A stretch of DNA of 64,000 bases from Chiloscyllium plagiosum (GCF_004010195.1 NC_057718.1:98779794-98843793); one strand, 5' to 3'. Counted from the stretch's first letter, positions 36,915 to 48,690 are shown. Notes: generated by a model from the letters alone, not told the origin. Program-made: numbers and translations.

Positions 36915-37252
36915 CAGTGAAGTACTGAGTGACAACTGCACTGTTTGATGGCCTGACTTTGGCAATGAAGCATTGAACTAAGGCCCTGGCTGCACTCTCC
37001 ACTTGGCATGGAAGATCCCATAGAATGATAGCAGGGGCAATATCCACGGCGTTCAGGCCAAAATATATCCTTCAATCACCATGACTAAAACAGATTAGCT
37101 GGTTGTCAACACATTGTTACATGTGGAAGCTTGCTGTGCACAAATTAGCAGTTGCGGTTCCTACATTTCAACAGTAAATATACTTCAAAGTGCTGTGAAG
37201 TGTCAAGTGGCTGTGAGAAACGCAATCTAAATACAAATTCCTTACTTTCTTT
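36915..37252 (+). mobile_element. DeuSINE (SacSINE1/AmnSINE-like) in SNAP25 intron 2
   Basis: agtactgag..ctgcactgt..aagatccca..gactaaaacagatta..gtggaagcttgctgtgcacaaatt..ttcctacatttcaacagt..tacttcaaa matches the Deu domain and tail as recalled. Confidence 0.8.
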
Positions 37253-38139
37253 CTTTACAAGTTACTGTCATGTATAATTAATGCCAGTATTTGAGATTAT
37301 CTACACTCATTTTCCAGATTATGTAATGCATTTCAAATGTGTGTAACCTGTGAAAAGGACAAGTATATTTTTATTCAGTACAATGGTTGCACTGTATTAA
37401 TATGACTTGCTCAAGTTCAGTAGTTTGAATGCTGATAATGACAGTGTTCAGTATCTGCACTGACTTGCCGGAAGGTAAATTGTTCTAAGGAGAAAAGGCT
37501 AGAGCACAACTGTTCATTCTCTGTGTCTGCTGAGGCATTAGATGTACTTCCTGCCCATATCCATCTTAATTAAAAATCTATTTGAGCTTTGTCTCTGGTC
37601 TGGTTGATCATAAGATCGCATCAATTTAGAGCCGGATTCACATCAATAATGTAGGTATGTTGAGTTGGGAAGCTTCCAACAGACCATTCTCCCTTTAAAA
37701 AGTCGCTGTCTGCTGTATTTTCATTTTGGAAGATGGCTGCAGGATGGACTTAAGTCTGAAGCAGTGTGGAGGTATGGCGATGGTAATGTAAGAGTGCAGA
37801 GAGCCAACCTTGGTTCCTGAATCTTTGACACAATTGTACTGAGGGATATTAGACACTCTATCCCTCAACCCTCATATCCCCATGTGACCCTCATGCCCAC
37901 TCCCCAAGTATTCACTATGCACAGAACCAATGAGCAATACAGTAACAGCTCAAGACAGAAGAGAGCCATTCAAACATCTCCTTAGAATAAAACTATAGCT
38001 CTTGCAATCCTACAAAAGTACCAATCAGATTCTGTCATTAACAATATCAATAATAGAGGCTTAGCCTACTTCATATCTCTTATTTTTGCCTAGAAAAAAC
38101 ATTGAAAAACTTGTTAAAGAACCAATTCTTCTTATGTAA

Positions 38140-38308
38140 ATGCTGAAAGAACTGCAAATGCTAGATATCAGAAACATGAAAACAGAAATTGCTGGAAAAG
38201 CACAGCAGGTTCTGAGGAAGGGTTACTTGACCAGAAAAATTAAGTCTGATTTCTCACCACACATGCTGCCACATCTGTTGAAATTTTCCAGCAATTTCTG
38301 TTTTTGTT
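38140..38308. mobile_element. Penelope-like palindromic element (17010 family)
   Basis: Arms aaaacagaaattgctggaaaa / ttttccagcaatttctgtttt; core gtt-ctgagga-agggttacttgacca-gaaa. Confidence 0.8.
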
Positions 38309-38431
38309 GCTAATAACTTATTGCAACCTCTTAAAAATGTTGATCAATCACAGATGATACTTCCAGTCAAACTGTTTCATAACAATGTCAATTTAAGTGA
38401 GTGGCTTGCTCAGCTGTTTGAAAGGGCAGTT

Positions 38432-38820
38432 TTTTTTCATTCGTTCATGCAACGTGGGTGTTGCTGGCTGGGCCAGCATTTATTACCCATTTCTAGTTGT
38501 CCTTCAGGAAGTTGTGGTGAGTTGCCATCTTGAACCACTGCAGTCATTAGAATGAAGTGCCTCAGGACCAAATATTCAGCTATATTCTTACGGATTTGGA
38601 TTAAAATAAGGACCAGGCAGAGTAACACTGGCAGATTTCCTTCTGTCAAGAACCTCAGTGAACCAAACGGACAATTTTTACAACAATCTAATAGTTTTTT
38701 GATGACCATTACCAGCATTGTTTCCTTCTAAATTCAGATTCACAAATTAAGCGAATATAAATTCCCCCAGTTACTGTGGTAGGATTTGAACTCATAACCC
38801 CAAATTACTAGGCACAGTAC
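38432..38820 (-). mobile_element. tRNA-derived SINE (family C) with a LINE-derived tail
   Basis: The tail gctggctgggccagcatttatt..cttgaaccactgcag is shared with the LINE at 45515; body ggcagatttccttc..agtgaacca. Confidence 0.75.
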
Positions 38821-39059
38821 TACTGTGTACACAAAGGAAATGTAACAGGATTCAATAGTAACTTCCAGTTGGCACCAGAATAAATATCTGAAGGGAGCAA
38901 TTTGCAAGGCTATGGAAGGAGAATTGACAGGTTAACATAGGAATATTGATGCACGTGGACACATTCATTTCCAGGCATTTTTAATCTCCCTGTTGAGAGG
39001 TGTTATTACACATCTCTAGAGCAGGTGGGGCTTGAACCTGGGCCTCCTGGCTCAGTCCC

Positions 39060-39240
39060 ACTCTCTCATAAGAGAGAGACAACTGGTGAGGAGCTTAATT
39101 TGAGAGTTTCCAAAACCCAGACAAGGGACATGTTTGAAAAAACAAGACTTTCACGTTAACCTGGCACCGGAATTGGATCCATACTATTGGCATCACTCAA
39201 CATCACAAATAAGGCACCTGGCCAACTGCGCTAGCTAACC
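39060..39240 (-). mobile_element. tRNA-derived SINE (family B)
   Basis: Reverse-complement similarity to 26875-27082 and 48120-48325. Confidence 0.6.
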
Positions 39241-39381
39241 CCCAGAGCTAGGGCTGTACCAGTGCCACAAGAGCCCTCCTATTCTGTTCAATTGCCATTT
39301 GATTCAATGATTCCTGAAAATTGGTTAAGCTGTGTAGTTTCTGATTTTGTTCAATTCATTTTCTGTCTTCTCTATTTACAG

Positions 39382-39423
39382 TCATTGGAAAGCACTCGCC
39401 GCATGCTTCAACTGGTTGAAGAG
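39382..39423 (+). CDS. SNAP25: SNAP25 exon 3 equivalent
   Basis: Translates to SLESTRRMLQLVEE, identical to the human sequence as recalled. 42 nt, acceptor ttctgtcttctctatttacag, donor gag|gtaagg. Confidence 0.96.
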
Positions 39424-39959
39424 GTAAGGACTTCAATGTTCAGATGTGGACTGTGTTCTGTTGTTTTATGCTGAGCGTTTCAATTGTAAGTTTTGGTTGT
39501 TACATGGATTAGTTTCGAGAGAATACCCTTTCTCTTCAACTTTCCATTTTACACATCATTTTCCTATTGGAGCAGGATGGAAGAGCTGAATGGCCTATCC
39601 CTACTCCTCTTTTCTATATTTTATATCTTTGATTGAGGAATCTGGGATGCAAATATCTCTTGTAAGGCTCTAACTGCACTTAATCCTAAAAGAGTAAAAC
39701 TGATTCTGTAAATTCTACCCTTTCTCCATCCCACTTTAATTAACATCACTATCTATAGCAGTTGTTAGGGATTTACAAAGAGAAAGTTCAGCCCTTTGTG
39801 TTTGTTCTGTTACTCAGTGATTGATAAATTGATCCAAAGACAGATGATTAAAGTATGAAACTAGTCACAAATCCTTTCTTGATGGCTTGTTTATTTATAG
39901 AATACTGCATTACATACCATTGCTTCCTGTCAACACACACAGTGCCCCACTTTATTGTT

Positions 39960-40062
39960 GATATTTTTGAATCAATCTGTTCAGAGATGTTATTACACAC
40001 CTCTGGAGCAGGTGGGACTTGTAACTGGGCCTATGGATTCAGAGGTAGGGACACTACCACCA
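39960..40062 (-). mobile_element. Short ~110-bp tRNA-derived SINE (family D)
   Basis: Reverse complement of ggtagtgtccctacctctga..caagtcccacctgctccagaggtgtgtaataacatctctgaaca. Confidence 0.8.
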
Positions 40063-40099
40063 TAAGATCACTCTCTTATTATAGTATTAGGGTGAATCA

Positions 40100-40285
40100 A
40101 TTAGAGTTATAGAGATATACAGTATGGAAACAGACCCTTTGGTCCAACCAGTCCACGCCTGTCATAATCCCGAACTAAACTAGTGCCACCTGCATGCTCC
40201 TGGCTGATATCCCTCCAACCCTTTCCTATTCACGGACTATCAAAATATCTTTTAAATGTTGTAACTATAGCATCTACCATTTTCA
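40100..40285 (-). mobile_element. HER1-like CR1 3' end fragment
   Basis: tagagttatagagatatacagtatggaaacagaccc.. same tail as 2413. Confidence 0.8.
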
Positions 40286-40383
40286 TTGGGTCATAACTGT
40301 CCTGTTGTCCCAGTGCAGCCACTGGAGGATTCACCACTTAAATTGTCGGGACCTGCTGACACGGTCACCCACAATATCTTTGT

Positions 40384-40526
40384 TTCTGGATCAGTGGTGC
40401 TGGAAGAGCACAGCAATTCAGGCAGCATCCGATTTTGCTGCTCGTCGGATGCTGCCTGAATTGCTGTGCTCTTCCAACACCACTGATCCAGAATCTGGTT
40501 TCCAGCATCTGCAGTCATTGTTTTTA
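40384..40526. mobile_element. Penelope-like palindromic element
   Basis: 15-bp TSD ccacaatatctttgt (40369-40383 and 40527-40541); 49-bp arms with 1 mismatch; 33-nt tail. Confidence 0.92.
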
Positions 40527-40646
40527 CCACAATATCTTTGTGCCAGTGGCTGAATATGGAAACACTCACCTCCCACTTGTAGGGTCAGCAGCTGAGAACA
40601 GCTTGGAGTGAGCAGCTCATAGAGGCAGGCTGTCACCTACAATGGG

Positions 40647-40779
40647 GAGAAAGTGAGGTCTGCAGATGCTGGAGATCAGAGCTGAAAATGTGTTGCTGGT
40701 AAAGCACAGCAGGTCAGGCAGCATCCAAGGAACAGGAGAATCGACGTTTCGGGCATAAGCCCTTCATCAGGGCAGAGTG
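40647..40779 (-). mobile_element. Penelope-like single pLTR with tail and intact hammerhead core
   Basis: 11-bp TSD cctacaatggg (40636-40646 and 40780-40790); - strand CUGAUGA-A-GGGC UUAU GCCC-GAAAC-GUC at 40741-40771. Confidence 0.9.
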
Positions 40780-40867
40780 CCTACAATGGGCATCAGCCTC
40801 TTATCACCGCCACGACTAAAGTCATAGAAACTTAGAATAGGAGCACAGGTAGGCCATTTGGTTCTTC

Positions 40868-41065
40868 AAGGCAGAGGTGTGTACTGCAGATGCTGGAGAT
40901 TAGAGTCAAGATTAGAGTGGCGCTGGAAAAGCACAGCAGGTCATGCAGCGTCTGAGGGGCAGGAAAATCGATGTTTTGGGCAAAAGCCCCATGAAGGAGT
41001 TTGCCCGAAGCGTTGATTTTCCTGCTCCTAGAATGCTGCCTGTACTTTTCCAGCACCACTCTAAT
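40868..41065. mobile_element. Penelope-like palindromic element inserted in a CR1 tail
   Basis: 13-bp TSD catttggttcttc (40855-40867 and 41066-41078); inverted arms attagagtgg..ccactctaat. Confidence 0.9.
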
Positions 41066-41493
41066 CATTTGGTTCTTCGAACCTGCTCCAGCATTCAATA
41101 TGATCATGGCTGATCAAACCAACTCAGTACCCATATTCTCTCACCCTAACATCAGTTGGGTTTTGTAGACCTGCTGAAAGAATTCCTGTTGTATGTTTCT
41201 CAAGGGAAATGAGTGGCTTCCATCAAAAGGGATGTTTTGACAGGCAGCTGCTGTATCTCCTCATTGAAGCAGATAGCCGAGCAGAATTGACACTGAAATC
41301 AGGTGACCTTCAAAATGGTGTGCACATATTGCAGGAGCATTCATTCAGATGAGCTTGCTCAAAGAATTGATGAATTAAAATTCTGGGGGACTGTAAAGTG
41401 CCTATGGTGATGCACAGGTATATTTTGGGTCATTCTTTCAAGGACAGAATTGTTCATATTTGTCTCTTTAAAATGCAAACTGTAAATCTTTAG

Positions 41494-41630
41494 AACAAAA
41501 TACTGCAGATGCTGGAAATCTATTAAAAACCCAGGAGATGCTGGAGAAACTCAGCAGGTCTAGCAGCATCTGTGGAGAGAGAAACAGTTAAACATTTTGA
41601 GCCATGAACTGTTAACTCTGTTTCTCTGTT
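41494..41630. mobile_element. Penelope-like palindromic element, partial
   Basis: aaatactgcagatgctggaaatc..gagagaaacagttaa / gttaactctgtttctct. Confidence 0.7.
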
Positions 41631-42407
41631 ATCAAATCTTGAATGTGCACACTTTATTTAGGATGATTGCTTTATTTTAAAGTTGGAGGCAATCTCAAAT
41701 AATTTACTTAATCAGGCTAATAGTAAGCCGGCTATTCCTATCTGAATAATCTCAGAGTATATATAGTTTTGGACAAATAATTCCTTTGATTTATGGAAAG
41801 TGTACATATCCTTAGAATGGAGCTAACTAGTTGTTAGGGAAGAGTCTTACATGCCTATCATTAGCAGTGATGCAAAATGATCTTACAGGAGATAATGATT
41901 ACTGCTGTCTGCAAATGTTCCTCTGAAGGAAGGCCAGGAGGCACAAGTCAGCAATCATACAGAAACACTTCAGTTAAGTTCATCACTAGCTCTGAGGAAA
42001 CTCTGAAAATAGATCTGCCAACTGCAGTCTGACATAATGTTAAAATTCTTAAAGGACAGCGCAAGTATATCTGCCACTCATTACATAAGATATGAGCCAG
42101 CACCAGGGTCAGACAATCTATTATTGATAGCAAGTGACAGCCTCATTACAGCTGAAGGATTGGACGGTACTGGGAATGAAAATCACGACATCTTCACAAA
42201 ACTATCGTAATGTGAAAGTCTGGTCCGAAAGGCAGATGTTCACCTGCATGGTCCCGTAAGAAATAGGGACAGGAGAAGGTCATTTGGCCCATCAAAGCTG
42301 CCCTGCCATTCAATAGGGTTATGGCTGATTCAATATTCCCCACGTCCACTTTCCCATATAACCATGTCATGTTTCACTAACATTGGTGGAACAGAACTTT
42401 CTGTGGT

Positions 42408-42806
42408 TCATAGAATCCCGATAGTGTTGGAAGCAGGCCATTCAGCCCACACTGACCCTCTGAAGAGCATCCTATGCAGATCTACTCCATCCCTATGACC
42501 CTGCATTTCCCATGTTTTATACACCTATCCTGCACATCCCTAGACACGACAGGCTATTTAGCATGAGTCCAAAAGGGTGGCACTGGAAAAGCACAGCAGG
42601 TCAGGCAGCATCTGAGGAACAAGAGAGTCAACGTTTCAGGCATAAACTCTTTATCAGGATTGTTCCTGATGAAGGGCTTACACCTGAAACATCGACTCTC
42701 CTGCTCCTCAAATGTAGCCTAAACTGCTATGCTTTTCCAACGCCACCCTTGAACTCTGACTCTCCAGCATCTACAGTCCTCAGTTTCTGTTATTTAGCAT
42801 GGCCAA
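42408..42806 (-). mobile_element. HE1-like SINE 3' half, interrupted at 42566-42790
   Basis: catagaatccc..gaagcaggccattcagccc..ctgcacatccctagacac..tttagcatggccaat. Confidence 0.75.
42566..42790. mobile_element. Penelope-like palindromic element with two divergent hammerhead cores
   Basis: 11-bp TSD tatttagcatg (42555-42565 and 42791-42801); cctgatgaagggcttacacctgaaacatc on + and a decayed mirror copy on -. Confidence 0.9.
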
Positions 42807-43160
42807 TGAGAGGTGATCTTATTGAAATGTGAAAGATCCTGAAAGTACTTGATAGGGTGAGTGCTCAAATCTAGATCTGTGCGGTGGGGGCACAGTTTCA
42901 GAAAATAGGCCTTCCATTTAAAATGGAGAGTACGAGGAATTTCTTCTCTCTGAGGGCCGGATTTCCCCACCTCAGAGAATGGAGGCCAGGTCATTGATCA
43001 TGTTCAAGACTGAGCTAGACTGATTTTTGATTGACAAGGTAATACAAGGTTATTGGGGATAGGTGGGAATATGCAGTTAAGGCCACAATCAGATCAGCCT
43101 GTGAAGAGGGGGACTCGAGGGGCTGAATGGTCTCATATTGCTTATATTTTATGTTCATTT
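42807..43160 (+). mobile_element. Decayed CR1 3' end
   Basis: tgagaggtgatcttattgaaa..gaggaatttcttctctctgaggg..ctcgaggggctgaatgg. Confidence 0.7.
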
Positions 43161-43743
43161 CTCCCTTTGGAAAGGTCTTTGCTACCTTTCCAAAGACTCA
43201 GCACTGTGTTCTCCTCATAAGGCACCATAGACCATTTTTTAATATGATGTGGGCATTTCTGAAAGGGCCAACATTTGTCACCCATTCGTTATAGATTTTC
43301 AGAGGGTGGTGGTTAGCCGTCTTCTTGAACTGCAGCACTCCATGTGGTGTAGGTACATCCACAGCATCTATTAGGGATGTTTACTCTAATAAGCATCAAA
43401 TTATATCAAGCTGGAGGGACTCCTGATTGACTATTTTAGGAAAAAAAAAGTCATAGGCAAGTTCTCATTCTCCACATGGGGAAGACAGGAAGATGGACCC
43501 ATAATTGATGGATTATGTCAGTGCAACACTGTCTGCGACTCACACTCTACAATGTTACAGGTGATGGGGAAAGCTGTGTGTGTCCCCTGCCATTAGCCTG
43601 GAGGATACCCTTAAATGGGCAATTTATACCCATATCTCTCCAATATACTGGGCAGCAGGAGAGTTCTTGTAGTGCATTGGTGGTGTTCCTGCCTCTGAGC
43701 TTGAAGGCCAAACTCAAGTCCCATTTGCTCCATAACATCTCTG

Positions 43744-43948
43744 GGCAAAGTTAAAAATCACACAACACCAGGGTATAGTCCAACAGATATATTTGGAAGC
43801 ACTAGCTTTTGGAGCGCTGCTTCTTCACCACCAAGAGACAGTGCCTCAAAAGCTAGCGCTTCCAAATAAACCTGTTGGATTATAACCTGGTATTGTGTGA
43901 TTTTTAACTTTGTCCACACCAGTTTAACACCGGCTCCTCCAAATCATG
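43744..43948. mobile_element. Penelope-like palindromic element (24054 family) inserted in a family D SINE
   Basis: About 65-bp arms aaagttaaaaatcacacaacaccagg.. / ..cctggtattgtgtgatttttaacttt; 12-bp TSD ataacatctctg / atagcatctctg. Confidence 0.88.
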
Positions 43949-44402
43949 ATAGCATCTCTGATTAGAAAATATCTGTGTGCGCCAGTGAAGTTGCACATGT
44001 GGCACACTGGTAGTGTCCTTACCTCTGAGCCCAGCTAACTTAGGCTCAATTCCTACTTGCTGCAAAAGGGATGCCAAGTCTGAATCAATGATTACAAAAT
44101 ATGTATAATAGACAGCAGGAAAGCTCAACACTTCATGTGTGCCTCAAAAAGTTTTACCCTGGAGCTGCTGTTGTTTCAGAGCCTATCTTGCACTTCTGAA
44201 CTTTACACTGGGATGCGGAGCGCCCACAAGGTTATAACTTTTGCCTGTCTTGGGCTTCTGATACCCATTTGAACTTGAGGCCAGGGTTTTAGAAGCCCAT
44301 GAGGGACCATCCTGTCCAGTCATCCAATTCAGTGTAAGGTAATTCTGATGACAGATCATTGACCTGAAACATTAGCAAATAAGGGCGTTCCCCAGGGATT
44401 CC

Positions 44403-44680
44403 AGACTAGGGGTCGTCATCTAATGATAGGGGAAAAACCATCTGAGACTGAGATGAGGTGAAATTCCTTCACCCAGAGAGAGTTAACCTTGTGGAATTTG
44501 TTAGCGCAGAGGCCAGAACATTGTATGGTTTCAAAAAACTGTTGGATATAACACTTGAGGCTGAAAGGATAAAAGGACGGGGGTGGGGGGACAAGCAGGA
44601 ACAGGCTATCGAGTTGGATGGTCACCATGATGACAAAGAATGATGGAAGGCTGAATGGCCTACTCCTGCTTGATGTTTGT
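44403..44680 (+). mobile_element. CR1 3' end
   Basis: actgagatgagg..ttcacccagagag..ctgaatggcctactcctgct. Confidence 0.75.
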
Positions 44681-45514
44681 AAGTTTTCTCTTTCTGCAAA
44701 GATGTTCTGACTTGCTGAGCCTTTCCTTCACTTTTTGTTTCTCTGTAAACTACTTCCAGAAAGTTCTATTCATTCCAAAAGAAGCGATAGATAATCTGCC
44801 TGCTGAGGTTCTGAAGTGATTAAGAATTTTGCTGACATTCCCAGTTTGTTGTTTTTGTTTTGTTAATATGTTAGAATTTACTCCCTTTCCCTCAGTGCCC
44901 CGGTAATGAAACAGGCTTGCTTTCCCCAAGAGAAGTTCCTTTCTGCAGTTACTGAAAATAGCATCCATTTCACTCAATCTTACTGTAAAATCCCTTTGTG
45001 TTTAATGTGGAAAACATGCAGATTTCTGTATCCCTGCAGTTTAATATACAAAGAGACACTAACAAAATTGGAGGCAAATCCTTTCCAATCTTATTGAATC
45101 ACCTACCTCACGATTAGATGTAACCACAGGACTAAATAGAAAGAAAATGTACTGGCAGTGAAGGCAGTCTTCTGTCTGGGATAATGAAGGCTTTATTTCC
45201 TTTCAAATCCTTCCTGCTGTCCTAATCCTACAGATGGTACAGGGGGAAGGAGGGGTGAGGAGCTTTCAATTTGTGATACACACAAAGACCTGAATTTTAC
45301 TACAGCCTTCTAAGACTATGACATTGAGGTGAAAGGTGATTCCTTAACAGTCCAATTAACTGGATAGGTGGACAATTAACTGTCCAATTAATGAGAACAT
45401 TAATAGACCTCCTATAATGGTCTGAAGCGTCAGTAACAGCCCCTGGGAAACGTAGATGCTGCTGAGACAGGCAGGAGAACTTGAGGTGGTGATTTGGAGG
45501 AAGTAAAAATATTT

Positions 45515-46086
45515 TGTTTTATTCAGTCGTGATATGTGGGTATTGCTGGCTGGGCCAGCATTTATTGCCCGTCCCTAGTTGCCCTTGAGAAGGTGGTGGT
45601 GAGCTACCTTCTTAAGCTATTGCAGACTGTGTGTTGTAAGTTGACCCACAATGGCCTTAGGGAAGGAGTTTCAGGATTTTGACCCAGCGACACTGAAGGA
45701 ACGGTGAGATATTTCCACTTCGGGATGGTTTGTGGCTTGGAGGGGGACTTGCAGGTGGTGGTGTTCCAATGTATTTGCCGCCATTGTCCTTCTAAATAGA
45801 ATTGGTCATGAGTTGGGAAGGCACTGTCTAAGACTCTTTGGTGAATTTCCCTACTGCATCTTGAGGATGGTTCACACTGCCGCTATTGAGTGCCAGTGTT
45901 GGAGGGAATGGGAGCTTGTGGATGTGGTGCCAATCCAGTGGGGGCTGCTTTGTTTCTGGATGTTGTCAGGCTTCTAGATTGTTGTTGGAGCTGCACCCAT
46001 CCTGACAAGCAGGGAGTATTATATCACACTCCTGACATGTGCCTTGCAGATGACAGACAAGCTTTGGAACATCAGGAGATGAGTCA
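45515..46086 (-). mobile_element. CR1-clade LINE 3' end (post-RT domain and 3' UTR)
   Basis: The - strand reads HLLMFQSLSVICKAHVRSVI*YSLLVRMGAAPTTI*KPDNIQ, a decayed YKxxVRxxxEY..IQ motif. Confidence 0.8.
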
Positions 46087-46396
46087 AGGAGCCAAAGGTG
46101 GGAAAAGGAATCCTTCTTGGGGTTAGGGAGGGGCAGAGGATTTGTTGGGACAGTATGATAGGTTTTGCGTTTCCTGCATCCTCATTAGAGGGTGAAGCCT
46201 CCAACAACAAGTGCACTGCTGTGTTAAAGCTTATGGCTTCTCCAAACAGTGTGGGAAAATTCTGCTCAGGCAAACAGAGCTGGAGCCTAAATGAATAATG
46301 CCCTGGCTTTCCCAGAAAATGGAGACTCTAATGATCACACCATTTCCAGGGTTGATTAGTTCCTCACTGCTTCTCAATCTTTTGTCCCATCTCTAG

Positions 46397-46703
46397 GGGT
46401 GGTATGGTGGCTCAGTGGTCAGCACTGCTGCCTCACAGCACCAGGGACCCAGGTTCAATTCCATCCTCCAGTCTGGAGTTTGCACATTCTCCCCGTTTCA
46501 GCATGGATTTCCTCTGACAGTGCAAAGATGCACAGGTTAGGGTGGATTGGCTGTGTTAAATTGCCCCATAGTGTACAGGGATGTGCAGGCTAAGTGGGTT
46601 AGACAGGGGAAATGCAGGAATGCTATGGGTCTGAATGGGATGCTCTTTGAAGGGTTGGTGTGGACCCGGATGGCCTGCTTCCACACTGTAGGAATTCTGT
46701 GAT
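46397..46703 (+). mobile_element. HE1-like V-SINE
   Basis: ggtggctcagtggtcagcactgctgcctcacagcaccagggacccaggttcaattcc and V domain. Confidence 0.88.
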
Positions 46704-47154
46704 TGTAGTTTTTTTTTTAAAAATGGGATATGAGTATCATTGGCATGGCCAATTCTGCACTGGCTTTCAGCAAGTGTCTTCTGGAACTGTTTTGGCTAAT
46801 GTGGCAAGATCCAACATAGTGTGTAATTCTCAGAACCTCTCAAGAGATAGTTTTTGATTTTTAAAGGCTATCTTTTGGTTTTCCAGAGCTGTTTCTTAAT
46901 GCTTACTGATCCCTTTATTAGTTGATGCAGTCACATATAAAATTATGTTCTATATTTGTATTGGATCCACATAGAAACAGAATTAGAATAATTCATGAAT
47001 ATCCTCAATATCAACTTCATTAAACCTACAGCCAGAATATATAAGGAAAGCATCAATTTCCTAGATGACACAGTAATTAACTTGGCACAGGGCGACATGT
47101 TGAAGTTAACAATAATTCTTTTCACAAAATAATTGTGACACACTTCTACACACA

Positions 47155-47318
47155 GGAGAAAGTGAGGACTGCAGATGTTGGAGATCAGAGTCGGAAGGTG
47201 TGGTGCTGGAAAAGCATGGCCGGTTAGGCAGGAGCCAAGGAGCAGGAGAATAGGATTCTCCTGGTCTTCAGATGCCGCCTGACCTGCTGTGCTTTTCCAG
47301 CGCCACACTTTTCAACAT
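47155..47318. mobile_element. Penelope-like palindromic element, hammerhead region deleted
   Basis: TSD ttctacacaca / ttctacataca (47144-47154 and 47319-47329); tail ggagaaagtgaggactgcagatg plus inverted arms. Confidence 0.85.
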
Positions 47319-47599
47319 TTCTACATACAAAAGGCCATCATCCTAAACGCACCTTCCACAGACTGGTATAGTCACAACAAAGTGCTTAGCATTAGCAGCA
47401 AGCATGGAAACAACTCCCCATCGTTAGAGAAACCGCTCCTCACCATTCCTTTCCATGCTATTCAGGGGGGTGACTTTTCCATAGTATGCACCCTTGTGAG
47501 TGAAATTTCCTGGATGAATTGGAGATTTCAAAAGCAAATTTGCCCGCTGACCCCATGTAATGTGGGCGTTGTCATCTGGCATCTGTAGCAGTTTTGTAC

Positions 47600-47915
47600 A
47601 AGTGGGTGGCTGTCTGGACAATTTCAGAGGGCAATATAAAGCCAACCACATGACTGTGGGTCCAGAGTCACGTCTGGCCAGACTGGGTATGAACAGCAGA
47701 TTTCTCTCCCTGAAGGACATTAGTGAATAAAATGGTAATTTTAAACAACTATCAATCACAGTTGTCATGGTCACCATTATTGAAACTGGCTAGCAACTGC
47801 AGATATATACATTGATTACAAATTACATCAGCTAACATATTAAGCCCATACCTCCAGAGCATTAGTCTGAATCTCTTGACAACCAGTGATGGTACCACTA
47901 TGCCACCTTCTCCCC
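47600..47915 (-). mobile_element. tRNA-derived SINE (family C)
   Basis: cagagggcaa..gtgggtccagagtcac..gcagatttctctccctgaaggacattagtgaa. Confidence 0.75.
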
Positions 47916-48119
47916 CAGTTTTTGTTAATGTGTAGCAAGTAAGATGCTCAAAGACATTTTAAAAACTCAATGAGTTTGAGTTCTGCTATGACTTTCCTCT
48001 GGGATTGCTCTGGGCAATAACCTGGCAATATGTCCTTAATTCCTGGAGTCTCCAGGGCAATGTTAGAGGGCTGACATCCCGAGTACAGGTCTACACAGTG
48101 CTCTACCTAGGAGGGTCAG

Positions 48120-48325
48120 TGAGCTCAGTTGGCTGGATGGCTGATTTGTAATGCAAATTGATGGTAACAGCACAGGTTTAATTCCTGCATTGTCTGCGAT
48201 TCCCATGAAGGACCCTTCCTTCTCAAACTCTCCCTTTACCGCAGGTTAAAGCAATCACCAGTCACCACCACCACCTCCACTTCTCTCACTCATGTGAGAA
48301 CAACCCTGTGGTCTGGTATGATAAT
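48120..48325 (+). mobile_element. tRNA-derived SINE (family B)
   Basis: agctcagttggctggatggctg..ggtttaattcc..ccatgaaggac..caggttaaa. Confidence 0.7.
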
Positions 48326-48382
48326 ATATTTATTTTTGCTAGGACAATTAGGCTCCAGCCTAGCAATGGAAGATGACATATT

Positions 48383-48690
48383 GATTAGATTAGATTCCCT
48401 ACAGTGTGAAAACAGGCCATTTGGCCCAACAAGTGTAAACTCACCCTGCGAAGAGTAACCCACCCATTTCTCTCTGACTAATGCACCTAACACTATGGGT
48501 CAATTTAGCATGGCCAAACCACCTGACCTGCACATTTTTGGATTGTGGGAGGAAACCGGAGCACCTGGAGGAAACCAAAACAGAGATGGGGAGAATGCGC
48601 AAACTCCACACAGACAGCTCGCCCGAGGATGGAATTGAACTTGATCCCTGGAGCTGTGAGACAGTGCTAACCACTGAGCCACCGTGCTGC
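48383..48690 (-). mobile_element. HE1-like V-SINE
   Basis: (tctaa)n tail, V domain and head on the - strand. Confidence 0.9.

Noticed and set aside
39262..39474. 70-aa ORF containing SLESTRRMLQLVEE
   Set aside because: Only the 42-nt spliced exon is coding; the flanks are intron.
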